DNA from: Acidobacteriota bacterium
GTDB taxonomy: Bacteria > Acidobacteriota > UBA890 > WLXD01
Direction of reading: 5' to 3'
DNA: 64,000 nt
NCBI GenBank assembly: GCA_965248695.1
Contig: CBDFKD010000002.1
Location: forward strand, 4,544,001-4,608,000
A program made the translations under genes and the position numbers. Below, piece by piece: positions 9,231 to 17,870 of this stretch. The notes beneath the pieces are model-generated. The model was not told the origin of the DNA, ran no database searches, and saw only the letters and a list, made by a program, of their open reading frames with translations. Positions within the stretch are counted from its first letter, which is position 1; every line of letters starts with the position of its first letter.

Positions 9231-10751
9231 ATGGCGAGACGAAGGGGCCGGGCGCGCAATCGACGTGCCGAGACCGGCGTACGGCAGCTTCCGTGGGGCC
9301 AAGTCGCCAACCCGTATGCCCCGATCGAGGTAATCAGCGAAGACCAGATCGAGGCCATCCACCACGCCTCGCTCAGGTTGCTGCGGGAGGTCGGCGTCCG
9401 CGTGCTCCACGCAGAGGCGCGCAGCTTGTTTGCCGAAGCTGGGGCAGAGGTCGACGATGCCGCCCAGATGGTGCGCTTTGATGCGACGCTCATCGAGGAG
9501 ATGGTGGCGTTGGCTCCGTCGGAGTTCGTCCTCCATGCGCGTAATCCCGAGCGTCATGTAACTATCGGCGGCCGCAACGTCGTTTTCACGGCGGTGGGCG
9601 GGCCGGCGTTCTGCAGCGATCTGGATCGCGGCAGGCGCACCGGCAGCTATGCTGAGCAATGCGACTACCTGCGTGTGATCCAAAGCCTCAATATCGTTCA
9701 CCAGGAGGGCGGCGGGCCGTTCGAGGCCATGGATCTGCACCCGGAGACCCGACATCTCGATCTGTATCTGGCGCAGGTCCGATTGCTCGACAAGACCTGG
9801 CAGCCACAGGCGCTCGGCAAGGAGCGCGCCGAGGACGCCATCGAGATGGCATGTATCGGGCTGGGCGTCGATCGCGACGGGCTCGCCCGACGCCCAGCGC
9901 TGCAGTCGATCATCAACACCAACACGCCGTTGCAGTTCGACATACCGATGGCCGAGGGCACCATCGCGATGGCGCGCGCGGGGCAGTCGGTGTGCATCAC
10001 GCCGTTTACTCTGGCTGGGGCGATGGGGCCGGCGACTCTGGCCGGCACGATGACGTTGCAGAACGCCGAAGCGCTCATGGGGATCGCCTTCACGCAGATC
10101 GTCAACGCTGGAACTCCGGTGGTCTACGGCGCCTTCACCTCGAACGTCGACATGCGCTCGGGCTCACCGGCGTTCGGCACGCCCGAATACACCAAAGCAG
10201 CGCACGCCAGCGGACAGCTCGCACGTCGCTATAACGTCCCGTTCCGCTCCAGCAACACGACCGCATCGGCGACCGTCGACGAGCAGGCCGTCTATGAGAG
10301 CTCGATGTCGCTGTGGGGCGCTGTCATGGCACACGCGAATCTGGTGGAGCACGCCGCGGGATGGATCGAGGGCGGCCTCACGGCCTCGTTCGAGAAGCTC
10401 ATCATCGACGCCGAGATGTTGCAGATGCTGGCGGAGTACCTGCGCCCGATCGAGGTCAGCGAGGACACGCTGGCGTTTGAAGCCATACGAGATGTCGGGC
10501 CCGGCGGTCATTTCTTCGGCTCGCCGCACACGATGGAGCGCTACGAGACGGCGTTCTACTCACCGATGCTGTCGGATTGGCGCAACTACGAGACCTGGGA
10601 GGAAGCCGGGTCGGTGGCAACCGCGGCGCGCGCCAACGCGATCTGGAAGCAACTGCTGCGCGACTACGAACAGCCACCGTTGGATCCGGCGATCGACGAG
10701 GAGCTGTGTGCCTACGTTGCCAAGCGCAAGGAAGCGTTGCGAACATCGTAA
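9231..10751 (+). CDS. Trimethylamine methyltransferase (MttB) superfamily protein, non-pyrrolysine type
   Basis: GGAG RBS before ATG 9231; INTNTPL, PFTLAGAMGPAT, FTSNVDMRSGSPAFGTPE, HAAGWIEGGL, VGPGGHF; no in-frame TAG. Confidence 0.93.
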   Translation: MARRRGRARNRRAETGVRQLPWGQVANPYAPIEVISEDQIEAIHHASLRLLREVGVRVLHAEARSLFAEAGAEVDDAAQMVRFDATLIEEMVALAPSEFVLHARNPERHVTIGGRNVVFTAVGGPAFCSDLDRGRRTGSYAEQCDYLRVIQSLNIVHQEGGGPFEAMDLHPETRHLDLYLAQVRLLDKTWQPQALGKERAEDAIEMACIGLGVDRDGLARRPALQSIINTNTPLQFDIPMAEGTIAMARAGQSVCITPFTLAGAMGPATLAGTMTLQNAEALMGIAFTQIVNAGTPVVYGAFTSNVDMRSGSPAFGTPEYTKAAHASGQLARRYNVPFRSSNTTASATVDEQAVYESSMSLWGAVMAHANLVEHAAGWIEGGLTASFEKLIIDAEMLQMLAEYLRPIEVSEDTLAFEAIRDVGPGGHFFGSPHTMERYETAFYSPMLSDWRNYETWEEAGSVATAARANAIWKQLLRDYEQPPLDPAIDEELCAYVAKRKEALRTS

Positions 10752-10769
10752 CAAGCGGCTTGGCGGTGG

Positions 10770-12071
10770 TCAGCGGGGCGACTTGTCGGCCGCTCGGAGC
10801 AAGGCGTCGAGTAGTTCGGCGGCGCGTCGCGGCCCATTTTGGGCTTGCATCTTCGCGCTGGTCGACGCCAGCTGGGCGCTCATCGGCCTGTCGTTCAGCA
10901 AAGTCGTCAGCGCCGTCGCGAGCTCGTCTTCGGTCCACTCCGAACGATGCATCGTGAGGCCGTGGCCGGTCTCCTGGACGCGCGTGGCGTTGTCGTGCCC
11001 GTCCCAAACGTAGGGGAGGATGAGGGCCGGTTTGCCGAAGTACAGGCACTCGGTGAAGCTGTTGTTGCCACCGTGATGGATGACGACGTCAGCCTGCTCG
11101 ATTACCGAGGGCTGCGGGAACCAGGGGGCCAGCTGAACGTTCGGTGGCGGCGTGTCGTAGCTGTCGAGATACTCGCCGACGTTGACCAACACCCGGAAGG
11201 GTAGCTTTGCGAGCGTTCCGATGATGCGTTCCAGCAGCGCCGTATCACCGGCGCCGAGGCTACCGAAGCTGACGTACACCAGCGGTGCGTCGTCGTGGCT
11301 CCCGAAAGCCGGAACGTCGTAGCGGTCCTCCTGCCTCACGCACCCCTCCAGGTACTGGAACCGCGCCGGATCGAGCGGCTGGCGGCGCTGAAACCGTACC
11401 GCCTCGGGGTACAGCAGCAGGTTCAGAAACGGCGAGGCTTCGAAGAACTCGCCGGTCGGGTAGGCGGGTTCGCCGCACTGGCGCAGAAAACCGTTGAAGC
11501 GCTCGTGAATCGGGCCGATGATCTCGTTGAAGCGGCTGGAGAAGTGAGCCGCGCACTCCGTATCGCCGGCGCGGCAGCCGGATAGGTGGGGCGGGATGTC
11601 CCGATCAGGAATCTCGTTCTCGCTGCACGAGATGATCCGGACCCACGGTGCGCCAAACTGTTTGATAGCTGGAAAGAGGATCACGTTGTCGACGCAGACC
11701 AGGTCGGGCTGCAGCTCGCGCAGTGCCTGCGGCAGCTGCTTCTCGGCCCAGATCGCCGTCTCGACGATCGCCTCCCAGCAATCGCGCACGTAGTTGTCGA
11801 TCTGATCGTAGGGTGACTTACCGAAGTTGGGGATGTGGCTGTTGATGAAGTCCGACCAGTAGCGCGCCATGTCCTCGGGAGCCATGGGCTCGGACATATC
11901 GATGGGGCGCTCCTCGAAGCCGTAGCCGTCGAAAACACCGGCGAACCCGGGATCGCAGAGGAAAACGACCCGGTGCCCGAGCTCGCGACATTGCTGTGCG
12001 ATGCCCACCGAGTTGAGCGCCGGGCCGAACGCTGCCTCGGGGAAAAAGGCGATGGTCCGGCGGTCTTCCAA
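10770..12071 (-). CDS. GT1-family (MGT/UGT-like) glycosyltransferase
   Basis: GGAGG RBS then TTG 12071; VYVSFGSLG and WFPQPSVIEQADVVIHHGGNNSFTECLYFGKP (UGT signature). Confidence 0.88.
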   Translation of the reverse strand: MEDRRTIAFFPEAAFGPALNSVGIAQQCRELGHRVVFLCDPGFAGVFDGYGFEERPIDMSEPMAPEDMARYWSDFINSHIPNFGKSPYDQIDNYVRDCWEAIVETAIWAEKQLPQALRELQPDLVCVDNVILFPAIKQFGAPWVRIISCSENEIPDRDIPPHLSGCRAGDTECAAHFSSRFNEIIGPIHERFNGFLRQCGEPAYPTGEFFEASPFLNLLLYPEAVRFQRRQPLDPARFQYLEGCVRQEDRYDVPAFGSHDDAPLVYVSFGSLGAGDTALLERIIGTLAKLPFRVLVNVGEYLDSYDTPPPNVQLAPWFPQPSVIEQADVVIHHGGNNSFTECLYFGKPALILPYVWDGHDNATRVQETGHGLTMHRSEWTEDELATALTTLLNDRPMSAQLASTSAKMQAQNGPRRAAELLDALLRAADKSPR

Positions 12072-12205
12072 CTTCGTCCTCCGCTCAGCAGCGCCCGAGA
12101 AGAGGCGGCATGATGGACTTGGCAGCGCGTTGCGGACCAAGCGGCGCTCCAGAGGATATCGTTGCCTTGGAATCGCCGCTGGACCGAGGTCGGCTGGAGC
12201 GCCGC

Positions 12206-12607
12206 ATGGCTAAGATCAGCCTCAACCTGATGCGTATCGTGGTGGGCTTCGTGTTCTTCCAATACGGCGCCCGTAAGCTGTTCGGCTGGATCGGCGGGAC
12301 AGGGGATTCCGGCCAAGCAGCCGAGCTGTTCTCCCTGTTCTGGTTCGCTGGCTTGTTCGAGTTCTTTGGCAGGATCGCGATTCTGATCGGCCTCTTCACG
12401 CGACCGGTTGCGTTCGTGCTCGCCGGGGAGATGGCGGCGGCGTATTTCATCGTCCACGCGCCGAGGGGGTTCTGGCCGGCGGTCAACGAGGGTGATCACG
12501 CCGTGGTGCTGTGCTTCGTGTTCCTGTTCCTGGCCTTCAACGGAGGCGGTGATTGGAGCGTCGACGGCCAGCTCCTGAGTCGCGGCGACGAACGACACAA
12601 CGGCTGA
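12206..12607 (+). CDS. DoxX family membrane protein
   Basis: RIVVGFVFFQYGARKLFG...GLFTRPVAFVLAGEMAAAYF...GGGDWSVD; start could be further upstream. Confidence 0.85.
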   Translation: MAKISLNLMRIVVGFVFFQYGARKLFGWIGGTGDSGQAAELFSLFWFAGLFEFFGRIAILIGLFTRPVAFVLAGEMAAAYFIVHAPRGFWPAVNEGDHAVVLCFVFLFLAFNGGGDWSVDGQLLSRGDERHNG

Positions 12608-12659
12608 CGGGTGAGCCGCTGCGGAGCGTGACGTGCCTTCGATGTGCTACCCGCCTGGA

Positions 12660-13130
12660 TCAGCCGCCGATGAACTTCACGTCGAAGCGGCCACCGGTGA
12701 TCTGGATGGTCTCCTCGGTGTCCTCGTTCCTGCCGGTGAGATCGAAACTGCCGCTCGCCCCGTTGCTGGTCAGCGTTTGGATGCTGAATGTACCGGCGAT
12801 CGCGACGACATATACGCCGTCTTGCGGCTGGAAAGCGACCAGCGTGTCGCCGGCGCCGCCGTCAGGCCCGGGTTGGATCTGAAAGTCGCCGACGGCAGCG
12901 TTCTCAACCTGAATCTGGACGACATTGCTGAGGCTCGTGATGACCAGCTTGTCGTCGTCCATCATCGCGATGCTGGGGTTCGTAGAGAAGCTCTCGCCGT
13001 CGAAGAGTGCGCTCACCGTGCCGGCGTTCAAGGCCGCCAGCGGGTTGGGGAACTGAGCCTGAACCGAGCCTGTCCCTACGAGAACGGTGCACAAAGCACA
13101 GGCGAAAATCATCAAAACGCGTTTTGGCAT
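12660..13130 (-). CDS. Secreted hypothetical beta-rich protein
   Basis: RBS-like CAGGA, signal peptide MPKRVLMIFACALC...VQA, C-terminal ASGSFDLTG...ITGGRFDV. Confidence 0.7.
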   Translation of the reverse strand: MPKRVLMIFACALCTVLVGTGSVQAQFPNPLAALNAGTVSALFDGESFSTNPSIAMMDDDKLVITSLSNVVQIQVENAAVGDFQIQPGPDGGAGDTLVAFQPQDGVYVVAIAGTFSIQTLTSNGASGSFDLTGRNEDTEETIQITGGRFDVKFIGG

Positions 13131-13246
13131 AATCGCGGTTTCCTGGAAGGGTGAGAGTCGTGCAGAAAACGGGAGATTAGCATCGCGGCTCGATGGGAGT
13201 TTCAATAGGGTTGCTCAACTGACAACGACCACTTGGAGAAACGCTG

Positions 13247-14695
13247 ATGGACAAGCTGCTGAGCTTCTACATCGACGGGCAATGGACCAAGCCCCTCGGC
13301 GACGCGACGACGGCGCCGGTGATCAACCCGGCCACCGAGGAGACCGTTGCAGAGATTTACCTCGGCAGCCCGGCTGACATCGATCACGCTGTGGTGGCCG
13401 CGCGCGCTGCCTTCGACAGCTACTCGAGCACCACGGTGGCGGAACGGATCGAGCTGGCGGAGCAGATCGTTGCGGTGTTCAATCGGCGTTACGACGAGAT
13501 GGTGGATGCCATCATTGCCGAGATGGGCGCCCCCCACGACCTGTCGCACTCAGCTCAGGCCGCCTGCGGTCCGGGGCACTTCGCGGCCACGATCGCGGCG
13601 CTGAAGAACCTGTCGCTGGAAGAGAAATCCGGTCGCAGCGGCAACGTCGTACTCGAGCCTATCGGCGTGTGCGGCTTGATCATCCCGTGGAACTGGCCGA
13701 TCAACCAGCTGGCCTGCAAGGTGGCCCCGGCGCTGCTGGCGGGATGCACGATGGTGCTCAAGCCCAGTGAGCTGTCGCCACTGTCAGCCCACCTGTTCGC
13801 CGAGTTCGCTGACGAGGCCGGAGTTCCGCCCGGCGTATTCAACATGGTGCACGGCGAGGGACCGGTAGTCGGTGCTCGACTCGCCGAGCATCCGGACGTC
13901 GATTTGGTGTCGCTCACCGGCTCGACGCGCGCCGGCGCTGCCGTGGCCAAGGATGCTGCGGACACCGTCAAGCGAGTATTGCAGGAGCTCGGCGGCAAAT
14001 CGCCCAACGTGATCTTCGAGGACGCCGACGTGGAGGGCGCGGTGCGCAAGGGCGTGTTGCACTGCTTCGAGAACACCGGGCAGTCGTGTAACGCCCCGAC
14101 GCGCATGCTGGTTCACGAGAGCATTTATGCGCAGGCCGTGGAGACGGCGGTACGCGTGGGCGAGGGCGTCGAGGTCGGCGACCCTACCGAGGCCGGCTCC
14201 CACATCGGACCGCTCGTATCCGAGACCCAGTTCGACAAGGTACAGCGACTGATCAACGTCGGGATCGACGAGGGAGCCGAGTTGGCGCTCGGTGGTCCTG
14301 GCAAGCCGGAAGGGCATGAGACGGGTTACTTCGTGAAGCCGACGATCTTCACCGGTGTCAACAACCAGATGACCATCGCGCGTGAGGAGATCTTCGGGCC
14401 CGTGCTGTGCGTGATCCCGTTCGCCGACGAGGACGAGGCGATCGAGATCGCCAACGACACGCCCTACGGTCTCGGTGCCTATGTCCATACGCAGGACTGG
14501 GACCGAGCCCGTCGCGTCGCCCGCCGGCTCAAGGCCGGTAGCGTGTACCTCAACGGCAATGCCCAGGACTTTGATTCGCCGTTCGGCGGCTACAAGCAGT
14601 CGGGCAACGGCCGCGAGTGGGGCGGTCACGGGCTCGAGGAGTTTCTCGAGAAGAAGGTGATCAACGGCTTCTACGCCGAGAAGGCGAGGTACTAG
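13247..14695 (+). CDS. Aldehyde dehydrogenase
   Basis: PWNWP, KPSE, LTGST, ELGGKSP, GQSCNAP, EEIFGPV, PFGGYKQSGNGRE. Confidence 0.96.
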   Translation: MDKLLSFYIDGQWTKPLGDATTAPVINPATEETVAEIYLGSPADIDHAVVAARAAFDSYSSTTVAERIELAEQIVAVFNRRYDEMVDAIIAEMGAPHDLSHSAQAACGPGHFAATIAALKNLSLEEKSGRSGNVVLEPIGVCGLIIPWNWPINQLACKVAPALLAGCTMVLKPSELSPLSAHLFAEFADEAGVPPGVFNMVHGEGPVVGARLAEHPDVDLVSLTGSTRAGAAVAKDAADTVKRVLQELGGKSPNVIFEDADVEGAVRKGVLHCFENTGQSCNAPTRMLVHESIYAQAVETAVRVGEGVEVGDPTEAGSHIGPLVSETQFDKVQRLINVGIDEGAELALGGPGKPEGHETGYFVKPTIFTGVNNQMTIAREEIFGPVLCVIPFADEDEAIEIANDTPYGLGAYVHTQDWDRARRVARRLKAGSVYLNGNAQDFDSPFGGYKQSGNGREWGGHGLEEFLEKKVINGFYAEKARY

Positions 14696-14713
14696 TGGCG
14701 CCTGTAACAGATG
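14692..14713 (+). repeat. CTAGTG..CCTGTWACAG motif, copy 1 (IS630-like terminus remnant?)
   Basis: CTAGTGGCGCCTGTAACAGATG, starting on the TAG stop of the aldehyde dehydrogenase; similar copies at 57439-57458 (-) and 62505-62521 (+). Confidence 0.55.
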
Positions 14714-14761
14714 GCCACTGATTGACTCAACTCGGCGCGCGAACCGAGTAGCGGCCGGAAT

Positions 14762-14920
14762 GCGGAGATCTTGAAGACGCCGATCACGTGGGAGGACGGG
14801 TTCGTGATTCCGCCGACCACGCCCGGACTCGGTGTCGAGCTCGATGAGGCGGTGGCGGAGCGCCACCCCTATGTGGGTGACGAATTGCACCTGGCACCTG
14901 CTGACGATCCGCTGGAGTAG
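14762..14920 (+). pseudogene. Orphan C-terminal fragment of a mandelate racemase/muconate-lactonizing (enolase superfamily) gene
   Basis: AEILKTPITWEDGFVIPPTTPGLGVELDEAVAERHPYVGDELHL...*; in-frame TGA at 14723 upstream, so the N-terminal part is missing; stop is 3 nt before the MFS start. Confidence 0.8.
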
Positions 14921-14923
14921 CGC

Positions 14924-16192
14924 ATGAGCCCGGAGACGGATCCTACAGCGGCGGCCGGCAAGCCCGGCGATCGGCTGTTCAAGTACGCGCAGGTGCTGAT
15001 GCTGTCTTCGGCGGCGACGTTCATCTACAGCGCGCCCTACCTGCGGCAGATATTCAAGTCACCGCTGATGGAGGTGTTCCAGCTCACCGAGGCACAACTG
15101 GGAAACCTCAGCTCGACATACGGCATCGCTTGCATCCTCTGCTATCTGCCCGGCGGCTGGGTCGCTGATCGGGTATCCCCGCGGCGACTGGTCATCACCT
15201 CGTTGCTGGCGGGCGCGGTCACGTTCGTGTGGATGGCAACGATTCCTGGCTATGGCTCGCTGCTGGTCATCTACGCCGCCTGGGGCGTCATCGGCATCCT
15301 GGTTCTGTGGTCGGCGATGCTGCGGCAGGTACGTGTGATCGGAGATGAAAGCGAGCAGGGGCGCCTCTTCGGCCTGCTGGAGGGCTCGCGAGGTCTGTTC
15401 GAGGCCGCGCTCTTCACGCTCGCGGCGCTGTTGTTCAGCTGGTTCACTGCTCAGGCGATCGGGATGTCCGCGGTATTCGGGTTGTATGCCGTGCTGTCGG
15501 CAGGGCTCGGGCTGTGGCTGCTCTTGGGCAGCCAGGGCGACGGTACGGATGGCGACGAGTCTGCGGCCATCACGCTGGCGGACGTGCTGCTGATCGTTCG
15601 TGAGCCTACCGTGTGGCTGATGTGCGTCATGCTGACGGCGGTGTTTCACTTGTTCTGGGCCATCATCGAGTTCCCGAGCTTCGGTGAGCGCGCCGGCTTC
15701 GGGATGACCGTGGCGGCGACCCTGGCCATGGGGACGGCACGAGTGTGGATGCGCCCGGTCGGTGGCGTGCTCGGAGGTATCGTCGGGGACCGCGTGACCA
15801 ACGCGCGCGCGGTGCTGTGGCTGCTTGCCGTCGGTGCCGGCGTCTGCGTGTTCCTGGCGTTGATGGACACGGGCCCCGACTCCGTGTGGATCCTGTGGGC
15901 CCTGGTGCTGCCGTTCGGAATCCTGGTGTACGCGGTTCGAGGGCTGATCTGGGCCGTGCTACAGGACTGCCCGATTCCGACCTACCTCACCGGCTCGGCC
16001 ATCGGCTTCATCTCGATCATGGGCTACTCCTCTGACATCTATATTCCGCAGGTGAGCAGCTACCTGATCGGTACGTACGCCGACACCGCGGGGTACCAGC
16101 TGTTCTTCGCCTACGTCGCCGTGGCGGCAATGATCGGCGTCGGCGCCACCTGGTGGCTGCTGCGCCTGCGGGTGTCCTCAGATCCGGCGTGA
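14924..16192 (+). CDS. MFS transporter
   Basis: 12 TM segments; GGWVADRVSPRR and GGIVGDRVTN motif-A loops. Confidence 0.92.
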   Translation: MSPETDPTAAAGKPGDRLFKYAQVLMLSSAATFIYSAPYLRQIFKSPLMEVFQLTEAQLGNLSSTYGIACILCYLPGGWVADRVSPRRLVITSLLAGAVTFVWMATIPGYGSLLVIYAAWGVIGILVLWSAMLRQVRVIGDESEQGRLFGLLEGSRGLFEAALFTLAALLFSWFTAQAIGMSAVFGLYAVLSAGLGLWLLLGSQGDGTDGDESAAITLADVLLIVREPTVWLMCVMLTAVFHLFWAIIEFPSFGERAGFGMTVAATLAMGTARVWMRPVGGVLGGIVGDRVTNARAVLWLLAVGAGVCVFLALMDTGPDSVWILWALVLPFGILVYAVRGLIWAVLQDCPIPTYLTGSAIGFISIMGYSSDIYIPQVSSYLIGTYADTAGYQLFFAYVAVAAMIGVGATWWLLRLRVSSDPA

Positions 16193-16292
16193 TTCGGCGG
16201 TCGGTGTCAGTCCGTTGCAGCTGGGGTCCTACAGTGGGTGCTCTCGACCTTCGTATTCTTGCAAATCGACTTGGTCCGATCCGCGAGACACA

Positions 16293-16521
16293 ATGAAGAG
16301 CTGGAAGATCGTCGGCGCCGTGATCCTCATTGTGGTGACCGCGCCCGCCCCGGTCGACGGCCAAGACCGATGAGTGGATTCCGCTTTTCAACGGCAAGGA
16401 CCTTGCCGGATGGACTCCCAAGATCACCGGCTACGACCTCGGTGACAACTTCGGCGACTCCCTGCAGTCAGAGAGCCACCCGGTCGAGTTCCGCAAGGTC
16501 GAGTTTCGCAAGCTGGAGTAG
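16293..16521 (+). pseudogene. Internally deleted and frameshifted DUF1080 (3-keto-disaccharide hydrolase-like) gene
   Basis: Signal peptide MKSWKIVGAVILIVV, then a +1 shift to DEWIPLFNGKDLAGWTPKITGYDLGDNFGD joined directly to SLQSESHPVEFRKVEFRKLE* (the family's N- and C-terminal motifs). Confidence 0.8.
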
Positions 16522-16580
16522 AAGGCCTCAGATCGCGTCGGTGCCGCACTATTAGCCGGGGTCGGAAGCTCCAGGCGAGG

Positions 16581-17495
16581 CTACCGGATGACCGCGAGCT
16601 CGCCGCGCTCTTCGATCAATTGCTCGATGTGCTCCACCAGCCGCGTCCGCCGCGCCAGAAGCCCGCTCATCTGATACGGGGTCAAGAATGAGTCGACCGC
16701 ACCTCGGATCTGTTGCTCGGTCAGCTGCCGCAGCAGCTCCCACATGCGTGGAGCGCACCACACGAAATCGTCCACGTAGCGGAGCTCTGTACGCATCTGG
16801 AACGCCCGTGAATGATCAATCATCCAGAGCTTCCAGTCGGCATCCGACAGGTAATTACCGGCGTTGCGGTCGTCGTTGAACATCAAGGTGTCGAATACGC
16901 GCATCGCCTGGATCTGGCGTATCCAGTCGAGCGTTACCGGCGGACGTAGCTCGGTCTCCTTGCGCTCGTTCTCGCTGCGCGTTCCCTCCACCCAGAGCTG
17001 CACGCTGCCGCTGATGCCGTTGATCCGCCGACAAACCGTTGGCGGTACGTTGTCGAGCTCGAACAAGCGCGCCAGCTCGTAGGCGGCGCACTGATTCTTG
17101 TAGCTGTCGTAGTAGCGACGGAACGCGCGTCCGTTCGACCGTGCGTCGCGCGTCTCCTTGTCGATCCCGTGAAAGGCCGCACGTGCTCGTACGCCGTTGT
17201 GTTCGAGCTCCAGACGCTTGAGCCCGGTGATGCCGACACCGAAGTCTTCGGAGGAAACGACCCGCGCGCTGCGCAGGAAATCGGTTGCCTCGTCGTGGGT
17301 CCGAAACGGTAGCGGACCATCGGGCCCCGGCCAGGGGCGCGCGATTTCCGCTTCATCTTGAAACGGACGTGCCCAGGCGGGCGCGCTGGTGCCGCCCGCC
17401 CCCAACGGGAGCGCCAAGGCGATGACGCAGAGCGCAACGACGCGGGCTGAGGTACCGATGCGCGCGGTCGAGTCAGTGCTCCGGGGAGCGACCAT
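16581..17495 (-). CDS. Secreted protein-kinase-like-fold protein (PI4K-II/FAM20/HipA-like motifs)
   Basis: Hydrophobic N-terminus; AAYELARLFELDNVPPT, GSVQLWV, FDTLMFNDDRNAGNYL, LWMIDHSRAF. Confidence 0.7.
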   Translation of the reverse strand: MVAPRSTDSTARIGTSARVVALCVIALALPLGAGGTSAPAWARPFQDEAEIARPWPGPDGPLPFRTHDEATDFLRSARVVSSEDFGVGITGLKRLELEHNGVRARAAFHGIDKETRDARSNGRAFRRYYDSYKNQCAAYELARLFELDNVPPTVCRRINGISGSVQLWVEGTRSENERKETELRPPVTLDWIRQIQAMRVFDTLMFNDDRNAGNYLSDADWKLWMIDHSRAFQMRTELRYVDDFVWCAPRMWELLRQLTEQQIRGAVDSFLTPYQMSGLLARRTRLVEHIEQLIEERGELAVIR

Positions 17496-17541
17496 GGGAC
17501 GCTCCATGGTTGTTCGGCGAACAGGTCTCTCGAGGAGAGGC

Positions 17542-17820
17542 CTAGCAGGCCGTGGTGAAAGTGTGGTGGGTCTGGTTACGGCGAGTTGGGGCCAGATGCA
17601 AGGCGGGCTGACGCACACGATGCCCTGGCCATCGTCGAGGAAGGCCAACGCTGCAGGTGGCCCCAAATCGCCGTAACCCTTCGGGCGACTGGGGGTTGCG
17701 CGCGGATGCTGCGTCGTTTGTCGTCAACGATGGGGTAACCATCGCCTCCTCCTCTCTCCTGGCCTGCGCCTCGCAAGACCCTGTCGCCAGACCCACCGCA
17801 CTTTCACCACGGCCTGCTAG
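17542..17820. mobile_element. 279-bp non-coding MITE-like element with 34-bp terminal inverted repeats bounded by CTAG
   Basis: CTAGCAGGCCGTGGTGAAAGTGTGGTGGGTCTGG (17542-17575) matches the reverse complement of 17787-17820 with one mismatch; two internal imperfect hairpins are separated by a C(UUCG)G loop. Confidence 0.8.
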
Positions 17821-17870
17821 AGTACGCGCTGCGCTCGCCGGAGACCATAGCCGACCCGCTGAGCAGGCTG

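Noticed and set aside
9231-10751. Pyrrolysine (UAG) recoding in the MttB homologue
   Set aside because: The ORF is uninterrupted, with no in-frame TAG, and no pyl genes are present.
16368-16373. TGA in the DUF1080 remnant as a second selenocysteine codon
   Set aside because: Homology continues in a different frame and there is no redox motif.
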